In this document: positions 47,209-57,034 of the stretch, piece after piece
How the letters are laid out: each line of letters opens with the position of its first letter
Position numbering within the stretch: the stretch's first letter is position 1
NCBI GenBank assembly: GCA_964627805.1
Contig: CAZVLA010000030.1
Span: 10,794-74,793 of the forward strand
DNA: 64,000 nucleotides
Direction of reading: 5' to 3'
Source of the DNA: an uncultured Desulfurococcaceae archaeon
GTDB lineage: Archaea > Thermoproteota > Thermoprotei_A > Sulfolobales > NBVN01
Made by a program: the position numbers and the translations under genes
The notes under the pieces: model-generated
The model's input: the letters and a program-made list of their open reading frames with translations, nothing else
The model's database searches: none
Told to the model about the DNA's origin: nothing

Positions 47209-47237
47209 AACCCCTAAAGTACCAGAGAGAAGGGGTT
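47209..47237. promoter_or_regulatory. inverted repeat AACCCCT-N15-AGGGGTT over the predicted hsp20 transcription start
   Basis: Read directly from the sequence. It lies between the TATA-like CTTTTTAA (47203-47210) and ATG 47243. The arms are only 7 bp, so it is not statistically compelling. Confidence 0.3.
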
Positions 47238-47242
47238 TAGTT

Positions 47243-47779
47243 ATGAGCAGTAAGAAGCGTAGAAGATCATTATTCGATCTCTTTGACGAAATAATAAGCG
47301 ACTTGATGAGGGAAATCGATGAAGAGTTTAGGGAATTCATGAGAAAAGCAGAGAGACTAGGACCTATAAGTGAGGAGGGTGTTAGGGAGGTTAAGGGGCC
47401 ATTTATTTATGGATTTAGAGTTACTATAGGACCCGATGGTATACCTAGAATCGAGGAGTTCGGTAATGTTAGGAGGAGAGGTATAAAGCCTGTAATTAGC
47501 GAGGAGAGAGAACCATTAGTAGATGTGATTGATGAAGGCAATAAAGTAAGGATAATAGCTGAAATGCCTGGCGTAGAGAAGGACAAGATCAAATTAAGAG
47601 TTCAGGGTAAGAAGTTAATAATAAGAGCTAGTAATGAAAACCGCAAGTACTACAAGGAAGTCGACTTACCAGCCGAGGTCAATATTAAGGAGGCTAAAGC
47701 TACGTACCGTAATGGAGTTTTAGAGATTGAAATACCCAAGAAAGAGACTGAAGGAGGTTTCGAGATAAGAGTAGAGTAA
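47243..47779 (+). CDS. hsp20: small heat-shock protein (Hsp20/alpha-crystallin family)
   Basis: PLVDVIDEGNKVRIIAEMPGVEKDKIKL...ATYRNGVLEIEIPK alpha-crystallin domain. The ORF-track start at 47171 precedes the likely promoter. Confidence 0.88.
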   Translation: MSSKKRRRSLFDLFDEIISDLMREIDEEFREFMRKAERLGPISEEGVREVKGPFIYGFRVTIGPDGIPRIEEFGNVRRRGIKPVISEEREPLVDVIDEGNKVRIIAEMPGVEKDKIKLRVQGKKLIIRASNENRKYYKEVDLPAEVNIKEAKATYRNGVLEIEIPKKETEGGFEIRVE

Positions 47780-47794
47780 TTTTTCCTCATTAAA

Positions 47795-48343
47795 TTAAGT
47801 CTGTCCAAGCACTTGCTTCTCGATCTTAGCACTAGCTTCCCCCTTCACATCACTCCTTCCGAAAGGATCCTCAATAATTAATGTAAATCTTACCTTACCG
47901 TCTATAGCGTCTATTATCTCCTTAACCTTCCTATTACATGGGTTACTCTCATCGAAACACTCGGCAGGTATATGGTCTAATACCCTATGTAATATGCCTT
48001 CAACAGTTGTTATGTAGCCAGGTGCCGCAGGTCCGGGCGTTATTTCTATACCTAACTCCGGTATGTATATAGATGCGGTCGACGACTTAATAACTAAAGC
48101 ATTTAACTCAGCATCACTATCCACATGAACTACTATCCTTACAGGTTTACTTACTTCTAATACAGAAACGTCAGATCTCCTGAAACCACACTTATCACAT
48201 ATACCTACTTCTAGGAGTACCTTACCGAAGTAAGGTACATCGTATATGTAAAGCCTTACTCTAAATGATTTCTCACCACAGTTTAAGCATGGCGTAACCT
48301 CCTCACCAAGTAGCGTCAACCTCTGGGTTGATGTATTACTCAT
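47795..48343 (-). CDS. ZPR1-type zinc-finger protein
   Basis: CLNCG...VPYFGKVLLEVGICDKCGFR and a following beta-rich module. Confidence 0.75.
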   Translation of the reverse strand: MSNTSTQRLTLLGEEVTPCLNCGEKSFRVRLYIYDVPYFGKVLLEVGICDKCGFRRSDVSVLEVSKPVRIVVHVDSDAELNALVIKSSTASIYIPELGIEITPGPAAPGYITTVEGILHRVLDHIPAECFDESNPCNRKVKEIIDAIDGKVRFTLIIEDPFGRSDVKGEASAKIEKQVLGQT

Positions 48344-48380
48344 TCTTCTTATCTCCCCCCAAGCAATTAGTTAGTGATGA

Positions 48381-50558
48381 TTACTTAACGTCACACTTAT
48401 ATATTGACAGTACTAAGTAAACACCTAGTTGCGGGTAAACATCACTAACCGCTATGTATGCTGGCTTAAATATCTTCATTTTAGGCTTAGGTATTATTGG
48501 TGGGTTTCTCGGATTAGCGTATAAGTCAGCTATCCTATATCCCTGCTTACCCCACAGAATATATGCTGTATTAGCTAGGATCTTGTATAACGTAGCGTTT
48601 TGGAGTTGAGGTGAGGTCCAGTTAGGTAATATAAATCCTAACCTAGTTACTGGTGATACGTATAGCATAACCGGAGGCTTCTTACCAGCGATCCTATACA
48701 TTGCTGAAACGCCCTTGGCGGCATCAGCACCTAGCTCAACTCTACCAAATACCAGAGGTCCTAAGTACACATACCCTCTCATAGGATCTAACTGATAGAA
48801 CTCATACACCGCTATGTATAGGTTATTGGGGTTTATCTTAAAGTACTTGGTAAATATTCTATAAGCTTCGTCCTCCGTACCAGTCATTGCTTCAGCTAGA
48901 AGCTTTATTTGCGTCATGTTAATAGTTGCACCATCAGCTACCGAGGCCCTCTCACCAACTACTGATATCCAATATCCGTAGTCCCACCAAGCAGTAATTA
49001 CTGCTGATTTATTCGTATGTGTCCTAACCCAATTAAGACCATCTATCCAGACAGGAGCATCAGTACCTACTCCAGTAGCTCCATCAACTATAGTAGGTAG
49101 TGACGCCCTGTATATCCTAGCCCATAAAGTAGCTCCTTGAGCAACTATAGCTATGATAAAGATAATTACTAATGAAATTGCTATTATGCTCCTAAACCAA
49201 CTTCTCCTAATTGCCTCCTTACCCCTACTAATTAAGCTACCGATTAGTAAGTAAACAAATGACGAAGCAGTTAATGCAGCTACGTAGTTAAAGTAGGCAA
49301 AGAAGTATGAGATATTGATCGTGGAGATTAAAGAAAGTATGAATAGTGCTAATAAGAATAAGTAATTAGGTTCTTTCTTAATGAATGCCCTATACGCAAA
49401 ATAAGCAGTCATTGGTACGGCCACGATAATTAAAGCACCTAAGTAATAAACGAAGTTAGAGGCTGAGGCGGGTACGTATTCCTGAACAGTCCTTACTAAG
49501 GTAGGTACTAAGGATCTAAATCCTAAAGCCACTAAAGCCTTACCAGTAATAGCTATGTAGCCCTTAATAAGCAGCAGGACACCTAAACTAACGATAGCAC
49601 CTAGTACCCCTATGTAGATCTCCCTATACCTCTTAAGCAATGGTAGGGTAAGTATTAAGTTCCTATTACTAGCGGCTCTCTGTAATCCGTAGCCAATTAA
49701 CAGGAGGATCAAGGACGCAGGCATCGCAGCACCAGCACTCGCATAAAGGTAATGTACGCCTCCATAGAACGGTATTGAAGCAAGTACAATGCATAGCGGT
49801 ATGTACTCAGTAATAGCTAATAAGAAATCCTCCTTCCCCACCTTCTTAATTAGGGGTAGTAAAGCTACTTGAACAGCTATTGCGCCTAGTAGTAAGTTAA
49901 AGCCAGCCCAACCAGCAGCCGCTGCAGCTAGTAAGATGCCGGCTACTAACGCATTAATGAAACTCATTTTCTTCCAGGCCCTTACATGAAATAGAATAGC
50001 TAAGAATATGAATGGTATGCCTATAGCGTACTTGACGGTAAATCCTGCTAGGTGCCTACTAACGAATACTAAAGAAGATGATGTAGCGGCTACAGCAGCT
50101 GGTATATAGCCCCAGAGTTCCTTAGCAATTAGGAATATGGCAATTACGGTTATTATGTAGAAGAGTACGGGTAAGTAAACCATCCAGTCATAAAGGCTTA
50201 AGCCGCTATTAAATAACTTAGCTATGTGGTAAGTTACGACAGAAAAGAAAGCAAGGAAGGGGGGCTCAGTATGTACGAAGTCCCTACCCCAAGGATACCA
50301 GAAAATCCTTGTAATGGGGTTATTCCTCGTTAATTTATAGAAGTAGAGTAGCCCGTGTGTATCTAACTGCTTAGCTATCCAGTACTCAGAGTATGGGTCC
50401 ATCTCATATAGTGTTGGTCCGTAACCCAGCTTCTCAGCATTAAATACTGGGTATAAACGTAGGTAAGAGCCAACGACTATCGAGACTATAAGTACTGAAA
50501 TAGCGAGTGTAGGTACCCAGTACCTCTTAACGACTTTAGGAACCGCTAAACGAGTCAT
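48381..50558 (-). CDS. aglB: archaeal oligosaccharyltransferase AglB (STT3 family)
   Basis: About 13 N-terminal TM segments, the WWDYGYWI motif and a C-terminal globular domain. Confidence 0.9.
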   Translation of the reverse strand: MTRLAVPKVVKRYWVPTLAISVLIVSIVVGSYLRLYPVFNAEKLGYGPTLYEMDPYSEYWIAKQLDTHGLLYFYKLTRNNPITRIFWYPWGRDFVHTEPPFLAFFSVVTYHIAKLFNSGLSLYDWMVYLPVLFYIITVIAIFLIAKELWGYIPAAVAATSSSLVFVSRHLAGFTVKYAIGIPFIFLAILFHVRAWKKMSFINALVAGILLAAAAAGWAGFNLLLGAIAVQVALLPLIKKVGKEDFLLAITEYIPLCIVLASIPFYGGVHYLYASAGAAMPASLILLLIGYGLQRAASNRNLILTLPLLKRYREIYIGVLGAIVSLGVLLLIKGYIAITGKALVALGFRSLVPTLVRTVQEYVPASASNFVYYLGALIIVAVPMTAYFAYRAFIKKEPNYLFLLALFILSLISTINISYFFAYFNYVAALTASSFVYLLIGSLISRGKEAIRRSWFRSIIAISLVIIFIIAIVAQGATLWARIYRASLPTIVDGATGVGTDAPVWIDGLNWVRTHTNKSAVITAWWDYGYWISVVGERASVADGATINMTQIKLLAEAMTGTEDEAYRIFTKYFKINPNNLYIAVYEFYQLDPMRGYVYLGPLVFGRVELGADAAKGVSAMYRIAGKKPPVMLYVSPVTRLGFILPNWTSPQLQNATLYKILANTAYILWGKQGYRIADLYANPRNPPIIPKPKMKIFKPAYIAVSDVYPQLGVYLVLSIYKCDVK

Positions 50559-50594
50559 AACTCCTCAGCCCTTTCTTAAGTGACGGTACTTGTT

Positions 50595-51860
50595 TTAAGT
50601 TTTAGAGTAAATGATCTTTTCATCATTGAATAACTTAATAGCTAGCCCTACGAGAGCTACTGACTCAGCAATAATTACTAATGCGTGAAGTAATACCCTG
50701 AATACGTTACCGAACACTACCTGTTTAATCATTACTACGGCGTGTGTATAAGGTATTACGTAGAGTAGCTCCTTAATGGGTGTTGGTAAGTTCGTTACGT
50801 TAACAAATAAACTTATGAAGAATACAACTGATGCTAAGCTAATTACCGTAAGTGAGGCTGCGTATGAAGCTCTGTAACTACCTGACCTAATAATTATTGG
50901 TACTATTATAGCTAATGAAGCAAATACCGAGAGGTAAACAGCAATTACATGCGTCACTACTAACCCAGGTGTTAAGTACGTAATAACATTTAAGCCATAT
51001 ACTACTGAAGGTAACGTGAAGAATATCAGTAATCCTAGAGCATCGCTTAACCCAGCTATCAGACCTATGACTGAAGCCGTAAACACCTTACCAACGACTA
51101 ATGCGTACCTAGGTACTGGAGTAGCTAATAAAGCCTCTATAGTCTTCCTCTCCTTCTCACCAACTATGGAATCAGTGATGTAAGCTATTGATGGCGTAGT
51201 TACGAAGAGTAAGCTGAAGGCCATTATCCTAGCTAATCTAGTCCTTAACTCCTCAGCGTAAGTAGCTGGTGCCCCAGATGGTGTCACCATACCCATGACC
51301 ATCCTTATGGGGTATAGCACAACGTCAGCAACTACCTTAACATGTGCTAGCTTAGCTAGTAACTTAACCTTACTCTTAGATACGTTAGAAGCTACTTCAG
51401 CTAATACGTTATTTATTAAGTTTATAGCTACGTCAGCTCTACTAGACCCTATCACCTTATTAACCTTAATTATAGATGCGTTAGTTAAGGATGTTAAGTT
51501 ACTAACGAATCCCTTAGGTATCTCGACTAACAAGTCGTACTTACTAGGTAGCCTAGCTGATGAATTACTGCAATACACTACATAAACATTAAACTTATTT
51601 TCAATTAACTTCCTAACCATTAAGCTAACTATTTCTTTAGATGATATGGTGCCTAAGCCAGGTAATGTGGAATTGCCGCAGTCCTTATCTACAATTACTA
51701 CATTACTTACTTGAACCTGCTGTAAGTAAAGTGATGAAACGCTCATGAAGGGCATTATTATTAACGGTAATGAAGCTATGACGAGCAATGTCCTAACATC
51801 TCTTATCATGTCCTTGAACTCCTTCCATATTATTGGGTAAAGCCTATTCATTACTAACAC
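50595..51860 (-). CDS. ABC-2 type transporter permease (NatB-like)
   Basis: An N-terminal TM, a large extracytoplasmic loop and 5 C-terminal TM segments; overlaps the ATPase gene by 17 nt. Confidence 0.7.
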   Translation of the reverse strand: MLVMNRLYPIIWKEFKDMIRDVRTLLVIASLPLIIMPFMSVSSLYLQQVQVSNVVIVDKDCGNSTLPGLGTISSKEIVSLMVRKLIENKFNVYVVYCSNSSARLPSKYDLLVEIPKGFVSNLTSLTNASIIKVNKVIGSSRADVAINLINNVLAEVASNVSKSKVKLLAKLAHVKVVADVVLYPIRMVMGMVTPSGAPATYAEELRTRLARIMAFSLLFVTTPSIAYITDSIVGEKERKTIEALLATPVPRYALVVGKVFTASVIGLIAGLSDALGLLIFFTLPSVVYGLNVITYLTPGLVVTHVIAVYLSVFASLAIIVPIIIRSGSYRASYAASLTVISLASVVFFISLFVNVTNLPTPIKELLYVIPYTHAVVMIKQVVFGNVFRVLLHALVIIAESVALVGLAIKLFNDEKIIYSKT

Positions 51861-52584
51861 CAGCTAGCTTAATGAATGCCTCCTCAAGGTTTGAGGCGTT
51901 AGCCTTAACAATTATCTCCTTAGGAGTACCTATAGCTACTATTCTCCCCTTATTAATTAAGGCTATTCTGTCACATAGGTACTGTATCTCGAGTATATTA
52001 TGGGATGAGAGTATTATTGTACTACCTACTTTCCTTGAGTATTCCTTAATCATCATTCTTATGGAGTACGAAGAGAAAACATCAAGCCCTGAAGTAGGTT
52101 CGTCAAGAACTATTAACTCGGCCTTAGTCATTAATGCCCTGGCTAAAGCTACTCTACGCGCCATACCTTTACTATATTCACTAGCTCTCCTTCTAAGATC
52201 TTCATCGCTTAAGCCAGTTATTGATGCGCCGAATGAAGCCATTTCCTTAGCCTCTTCGAGGTCATTAGTGTATATCATTGCGAAGTAAAGTAGGTTTTCC
52301 CAACCAGTTAATCTACCGTAAAGTCTCGAATCTTCAGGGAGGTAAGCTAATTTTCTCCTAACGTAGTCTTTTCCTTCGGGTAATTCCCTACCTAGGACCT
52401 TAACTAAACCTTCATCATGCCTTATTAGAGTAGATATTATCCTTAACGTCGTTGTCTTACCAGCACCGTTAGGCCCTATAAGTCCGAAGATTTCGCCCTT
52501 CTTTACAGTGAAACTAATGCCTCTTAACGCTTCAACTTTACCGAATCGTTTCCATACATTCTCAAGAATGACTACATCAGTCAT
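51844..52584 (-). CDS. ABC transporter ATP-binding protein (ABC-2/NatA-like)
   Basis: Walker A GPNGAGKTT, signature YSKGMARR, Walker B LVLDEPTSGLD. Confidence 0.88.
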   Translation of the reverse strand: MTDVVILENVWKRFGKVEALRGISFTVKKGEIFGLIGPNGAGKTTTLRIISTLIRHDEGLVKVLGRELPEGKDYVRRKLAYLPEDSRLYGRLTGWENLLYFAMIYTNDLEEAKEMASFGASITGLSDEDLRRRASEYSKGMARRVALARALMTKAELIVLDEPTSGLDVFSSYSIRMMIKEYSRKVGSTIILSSHNILEIQYLCDRIALINKGRIVAIGTPKEIIVKANASNLEEAFIKLAGVSNE

Positions 52585-52791
52585 TAATTATGAGCCTCCA
52601 TACGCCGTAATAACCCTTCTAGACGGAACTAATAAAGAGTTATGGCGCTATAATTACGAAGTTAGGCATAAAGCTAATTGGGGGTTGCAAGCTACGTAAT
52701 AATTAAGTATTACCTAAACAGAATAGTAAGTAACCTCGACTAAGTACTCCCGCTTTTAAATAGGTCTAAGGCTCGAATTGAGTGGATAAGG

Positions 52792-53445
52792 ATGGTTTCT
52801 ATAGCTGAATCAGCAGCTAGGGAGGTGTTGATGAGGTATGGTGATAGAGCATATTACGTACTTAGGGCTGCAATTGAGGTCAGTAACGAGATAACATCAA
52901 GGGGTGAAGCGAGATTAGGAGATTTCGACAATAAAAGACTAATAAAGAAGCTCCACTCATACGGAATAAGGTATAACCCGAACCAACTACTTAGGATACT
53001 TGAGCGTGATTACGGATTAATAGAGACAACTTACAGATCCTCAGGTCAGCGCTGGTGGGCTTTTACGGATAAAGCAGCAGTAATTAAGGCATTGAAAATG
53101 TATGAGGGAGCTAGCAGTGAAATCGACGATCCTGAAGTATATGTAATTAAGTTACAGATACGTATACTGAATATTGATAGTTTAATACGTGTCCTAGAGA
53201 AAATAAAGGATAAACCAAGAATAACGTCACTAGATGTTGCTAAGGTTAAGGATATAGTAATGAATAGATTACCTGAAGTAGCTAAGGTAGCTAAGAAGGC
53301 AGCTCTATATGATGACTTATTTAAAGAGTTCTTAATGAAAGTTCAGTTAGTGTTCGTAATGGTTAATGACATAATTAACAGAATAAGTGAGGAACACGCT
53401 ACTGGTAGCCAATACCTACTAAATGCATTAAACATTAAAGAGTAA
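52792..53445 (+). CDS. hypothetical protein
   Basis: 217-aa ORF with a possible winged-helix N-terminal half; no motif recognised. Confidence 0.4.
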   Translation: MVSIAESAAREVLMRYGDRAYYVLRAAIEVSNEITSRGEARLGDFDNKRLIKKLHSYGIRYNPNQLLRILERDYGLIETTYRSSGQRWWAFTDKAAVIKALKMYEGASSEIDDPEVYVIKLQIRILNIDSLIRVLEKIKDKPRITSLDVAKVKDIVMNRLPEVAKVAKKAALYDDLFKEFLMKVQLVFVMVNDIINRISEEHATGSQYLLNALNIKE

Positions 53446-53523
53446 GTTTGAAGAAACTCTATCTTCATTAGTTAATTATGCTTTATTACGGAACTAAGTA
53501 TAAACTTTAATGAGTGGTTAATA

Positions 53524-54441
53524 GTGAAGGTAGCTGTTGTAGGGGTAGGAGCTATAGGTGCGTTAATTACTTACGCACTTAACCTAGCTGATATAGAGCC
53601 TTACCTAGTGTTTAGGGGACGTGATGTAGCGAAGAGATATTCCAGTAAAGGCATCATCATTAAAGTTAATAAAGATAAGGTTAGGCTTAGGGGAATATAC
53701 GTAAGTTATCCGGACCTACCTAATGAAGTAGATATAGCATTTATCTGTGTAAAGTCCTATGACTTTAGTACCGCTATGAGAAACCTAATTAATCACGCAA
53801 GAGTCAAGTTATGCGTAACTTGCCAGAATGGATTAGGTTCCTTTGAATTAGCCAATAAGTTAGTAACGAATGGTTATGTTGCGGCATTAGTCCTTAATGT
53901 AGGTGTCTTGAGGGAAAGCGATGGTGTGTTTAAGTATGTAGGTAGTCGTGTGTCGTACTTAGGAACTACAGCTAGTATGTACCATAAGATAGTAGATCAG
54001 CTTAAGGATATATCAGATATTTTAAGTAGGGTATTTAAGGTTAAGGTGGTTGAGGATATTAATCCGTATAGGTGGTACAAGCTACTAATAAATGCAGGCT
54101 TAAATCCCGTTACCGCCCTACTTAGGGCTCCCAATAGAGTTATTATTGAGAATGAATTTGCCCAGAAAGTAGCTATTGAAGCAGTTAATGAAGGTGTTAG
54201 GGTATGTAGTGTTTTGGGAGTTAAATTACCTAGCGACCCTATAAGAGGTTTATTTGAGGTAGCTAAGGCAACAGCAGATAACTACTCATCAATGCTCCAA
54301 GATATAATGAGAGGTAAGAGAACAGAAATAGACTACATCAATGGAAAGATAATTGAGTATGGAATAAGATTAAGGCTGCCTACCCCAGTTAATAACGTAC
54401 TATATAGATTAGTTAAAGCAATCGAGCAAAGCCGTATATAA
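53524..54441 (+). CDS. panE: 2-dehydropantoate 2-reductase
   Basis: VAVVGVGAIGA Rossmann loop, the ApbA/PanE-type C-terminal domain (SSMLQDI..GKRTEIDYING) and adjacency to panB. GTG start. Confidence 0.8.
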   Translation: MKVAVVGVGAIGALITYALNLADIEPYLVFRGRDVAKRYSSKGIIIKVNKDKVRLRGIYVSYPDLPNEVDIAFICVKSYDFSTAMRNLINHARVKLCVTCQNGLGSFELANKLVTNGYVAALVLNVGVLRESDGVFKYVGSRVSYLGTTASMYHKIVDQLKDISDILSRVFKVKVVEDINPYRWYKLLINAGLNPVTALLRAPNRVIIENEFAQKVAIEAVNEGVRVCSVLGVKLPSDPIRGLFEVAKATADNYSSMLQDIMRGKRTEIDYINGKIIEYGIRLRLPTPVNNVLYRLVKAIEQSRI

Positions 54442-54453
54442 GCTTAGGTAAGG

Positions 54454-55311
54454 GTGGAGGCATTGAACAGGAAATTACTTCCTAAAGACTTTATAAAGAT
54501 GAAGCGTAGGGGAGAAAGAATAGTGATGATAACTGCCTACACATACTATCAAGCAAGGATAGCCGATGAAGCAGGGGTAGACGGGATACTTGTCGGTGAT
54601 TCTCTAGGTATGGTAATTATGGGCTACCAATCAACCTTACCAGTTAGTCTTAGGGAGATGCTACATCACTTAAAAGCCGTAGTTAATGCTAAGCCAAGAG
54701 CCTTAATAGTAGCTGACATGCCCTTTCTGACGTACGAAACCAGCGTAGAAGATGCTATACGTAATTGTGGTAAGGCCGTGAAGCTAGGAGCTGATGCTGT
54801 CAAGCTTGAGGGTGGTGAGGAGGTAAGTGATTATGTAAAGGCATTAGTTAAGGTAGGGATACCTGTCATGGGCCATATAGGTCTTAATCCGCAAAGGTAC
54901 TTAATTATTGGGGGATATAAATTGTTAGGTAAGAGAAGTAAGGAGGCTGAGAAGTTAATAGATGACGCTAAAGCACTAGAGAAAGCGGGTGCGTTCTCAA
55001 TAGTTATCGAGAACGTGGCAGCTGAAGTGGCTAAGTTAATTACAGAGGAGGTAAGTATACCAACTATATGCATAGGTGCTGGACCCTACTGCGACGGTCA
55101 GATTCTGGTATTCCATGACGTAGTAGGGCTAAACCCTAACCCGCCACCATTCGCTAAGAAGTATCTTAATGCTTATGAATTAATGCGGGACGCCGTAAGT
55201 AATTACGTAAGCGAAGTTAGGAGGCAGGAATTCCCTACATCTAAATACTATAGAGTAATGCCTAAAGAGGAGCTTGAGGATCTTCTGAGAGCAATTAAAA
55301 AGAAAACATAG
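54454..55311 (+). CDS. panB: 3-methyl-2-oxobutanoate hydroxymethyltransferase
   Basis: [30 protein letters not shown] and IVIENV motifs. Confidence 0.9.
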   Translation: MEALNRKLLPKDFIKMKRRGERIVMITAYTYYQARIADEAGVDGILVGDSLGMVIMGYQSTLPVSLREMLHHLKAVVNAKPRALIVADMPFLTYETSVEDAIRNCGKAVKLGADAVKLEGGEEVSDYVKALVKVGIPVMGHIGLNPQRYLIIGGYKLLGKRSKEAEKLIDDAKALEKAGAFSIVIENVAAEVAKLITEEVSIPTICIGAGPYCDGQILVFHDVVGLNPNPPPFAKKYLNAYELMRDAVSNYVSEVRRQEFPTSKYYRVMPKEELEDLLRAIKKKT

Positions 55312-55316
55312 GTCCT

Positions 55317-56093
55317 TTACTTTACATCAATGGTCAATTTCTCGGAAGCTAGCTTCCTTAATCGATTGATAATGTACTTAATTACTTCCTTAAGTACTTC
55401 ATCGTTGTTATACCTCTCGACAATACTCCTTAACTCCCCTCTACTCAGTCCCTTAAGTTCATTAGCTACCCTAACCATGGTAGGTAAGGCCCTAACTATG
55501 TTATCAACTATAGTTATATTCGCAGTTCTAGCTGTCCTAGATAATGGGTTAAGATCTATAGCTATGACAAACTTACCTAACTTCCTAAGAGCTTCAGTAC
55601 GATCGCCATCCTCTAAAGGAACGAGTACGGTATCGGCTATTAAGATACCTCTAGGACTAACGCGTCTCCTCTCACTGAATAATTCAGGTATTGTTACCAC
55701 CGCATCATCAATCCCAAGAACCTCCTCAGCACCGTACCTCCTAAGTACCTTACCTATTAATTTAGCACGTTCCTCAGTTCTGTAGAAGAGATTAACCTCG
55801 ATCTTAGCGTTCACTACCCTCGCTAGCTCAACGACGTGCTCAGGTACTAAGGCAGCTACATTTCCGTTAACTGAAATGACGGGGTACTTACTAAGAAGTA
55901 AAGCAGCTACGGCAGCCCTAATAGCTCTCATAGCTGGTTCGATAGTCACCTCGCCGATTAAGTAATCAAAACACTCGCCCCTACCATGAGCTATTAAGCC
56001 AGCCGTAGCGACGTAGCCTTCCTTAAAGCCCTCAATAAGCTTTTCTCTAATCATGAGTGATTCGTATCTTGGGTGACCCTTAGGTATTTTCAT
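55317..56093 (-). CDS. 4-phosphopantoate--beta-alanine ligase (archaeal phosphopantothenate synthetase, COG1701)
   Basis: [13 protein letters not shown]...[17 protein letters not shown]...[11 protein letters not shown]...[11 protein letters not shown]...[12 protein letters not shown]...[11 protein letters not shown] closely follows the Thermococcus PPS sequence as I recall it. Confidence 0.85.
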   Translation of the reverse strand: MKIPKGHPRYESLMIREKLIEGFKEGYVATAGLIAHGRGECFDYLIGEVTIEPAMRAIRAAVAALLLSKYPVISVNGNVAALVPEHVVELARVVNAKIEVNLFYRTEERAKLIGKVLRRYGAEEVLGIDDAVVTIPELFSERRRVSPRGILIADTVLVPLEDGDRTEALRKLGKFVIAIDLNPLSRTARTANITIVDNIVRALPTMVRVANELKGLSRGELRSIVERYNNDEVLKEVIKYIINRLRKLASEKLTIDVK

Positions 56094-57024
56094 ACCTCCC
56101 ACCATGAAATACTTGAGTACCTGAGGTACTTATGCTAGCTACTAATGTATTTAATCCAGTACTTCTTAGTGCTTCAATGATTTTGTCATAACCGTACTTA
56201 TTAACTACTGTAAGGAGTATTGACTTCTTGACGTAGTAGCCAATAACATCACCTCTCTTCATGAATGGATTCAGTACATTAGTAATTACATCCCTAACCT
56301 TACCTCTAAGGAACCCAACGCTCTCTGAGAACATTCTTGAAACCTCAAGGAAGTTCTCTAAGGTAGGGTTCTTAATGAATTTACTATAAGCCTCCATACC
56401 AACCCTATAGAAGTACTTCAACCTATCTATTAACATCTGAGGCGTAGTAACTCTTGACTTAAGCAAAGGATCCATAAAAGTAATGAGAACCACTACATTA
56501 TCCTTAATAGGTAAGACATCAATTACCCCAACACCAGGGGCTCCGGGAGCGATCCTAATGACTAGACCTCCTCCATAAATCTCAGCTATTACGTCAGCTA
56601 AGCCTGTGAGGCATTTTACCTCAGCTACGTGAGCTATGGCGCCAGCTCTGTTGAGTGTAGGTACTTCGCCAAACCTATCTAAGATAGCGGCTAATGAGTA
56701 AGCTATTGCCACTGAAGCACTTAACCCCAACCCAGCGCCTAAGGAGCCTAAGGACTTACCAATAATTTTAACGTTAAGTCTCTTTATGTCTAATACCTCA
56801 TTTATTACGTTAACTAAGGGTAGATTATCTAAGCATGTGTCATTTAACTTTAAGGTGCAGATCCTCTCTTTTGTAGATCTCCTAATAGCGAATGAAGCTT
56901 TGGGTTTAAGTGTTAATCCAGCACCTAACGATCCTGAACTTAAGTAGTCATTTCTTATTATCGGTACCCAGAAGCCACTTACGTGCATAGGTATTGATAC
57001 TGAAACAATATCCTCTGAACTCAT
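56080..57024 (-). CDS. pantoate kinase (GHMP family, COG1829)
   Basis: GHMP motif [15 protein letters not shown]; sits between coaBC and PPS as in other archaea. Confidence 0.75.
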   Translation of the reverse strand: MSSEDIVSVSIPMHVSGFWVPIIRNDYLSSGSLGAGLTLKPKASFAIRRSTKERICTLKLNDTCLDNLPLVNVINEVLDIKRLNVKIIGKSLGSLGAGLGLSASVAIAYSLAAILDRFGEVPTLNRAGAIAHVAEVKCLTGLADVIAEIYGGGLVIRIAPGAPGVGVIDVLPIKDNVVVLITFMDPLLKSRVTTPQMLIDRLKYFYRVGMEAYSKFIKNPTLENFLEVSRMFSESVGFLRGKVRDVITNVLNPFMKRGDVIGYYVKKSILLTVVNKYGYDKIIEALRSTGLNTLVASISTSGTQVFHGGRYENT

Positions 57025-57034
57025 TATTACTTAA

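Noticed and set aside
48373-48380. GTGATGA C-box-like heptamer next to the aglB stop
   Set aside because: No D box or C'/D' arrangement follows within 70 nt.
52600-52790. Imperfect hairpins (CGCC..ATAAC/GTTATGGCG and ATAATTACG/CGTAATAAT) followed by ACA in the 207-bp spacer, considered as an H/ACA-like sRNA
   Set aside because: The stems have bulges and mismatches. No K-turn or pseudouridylation pocket could be drawn convincingly by hand. Divergent promoters explain the spacer.
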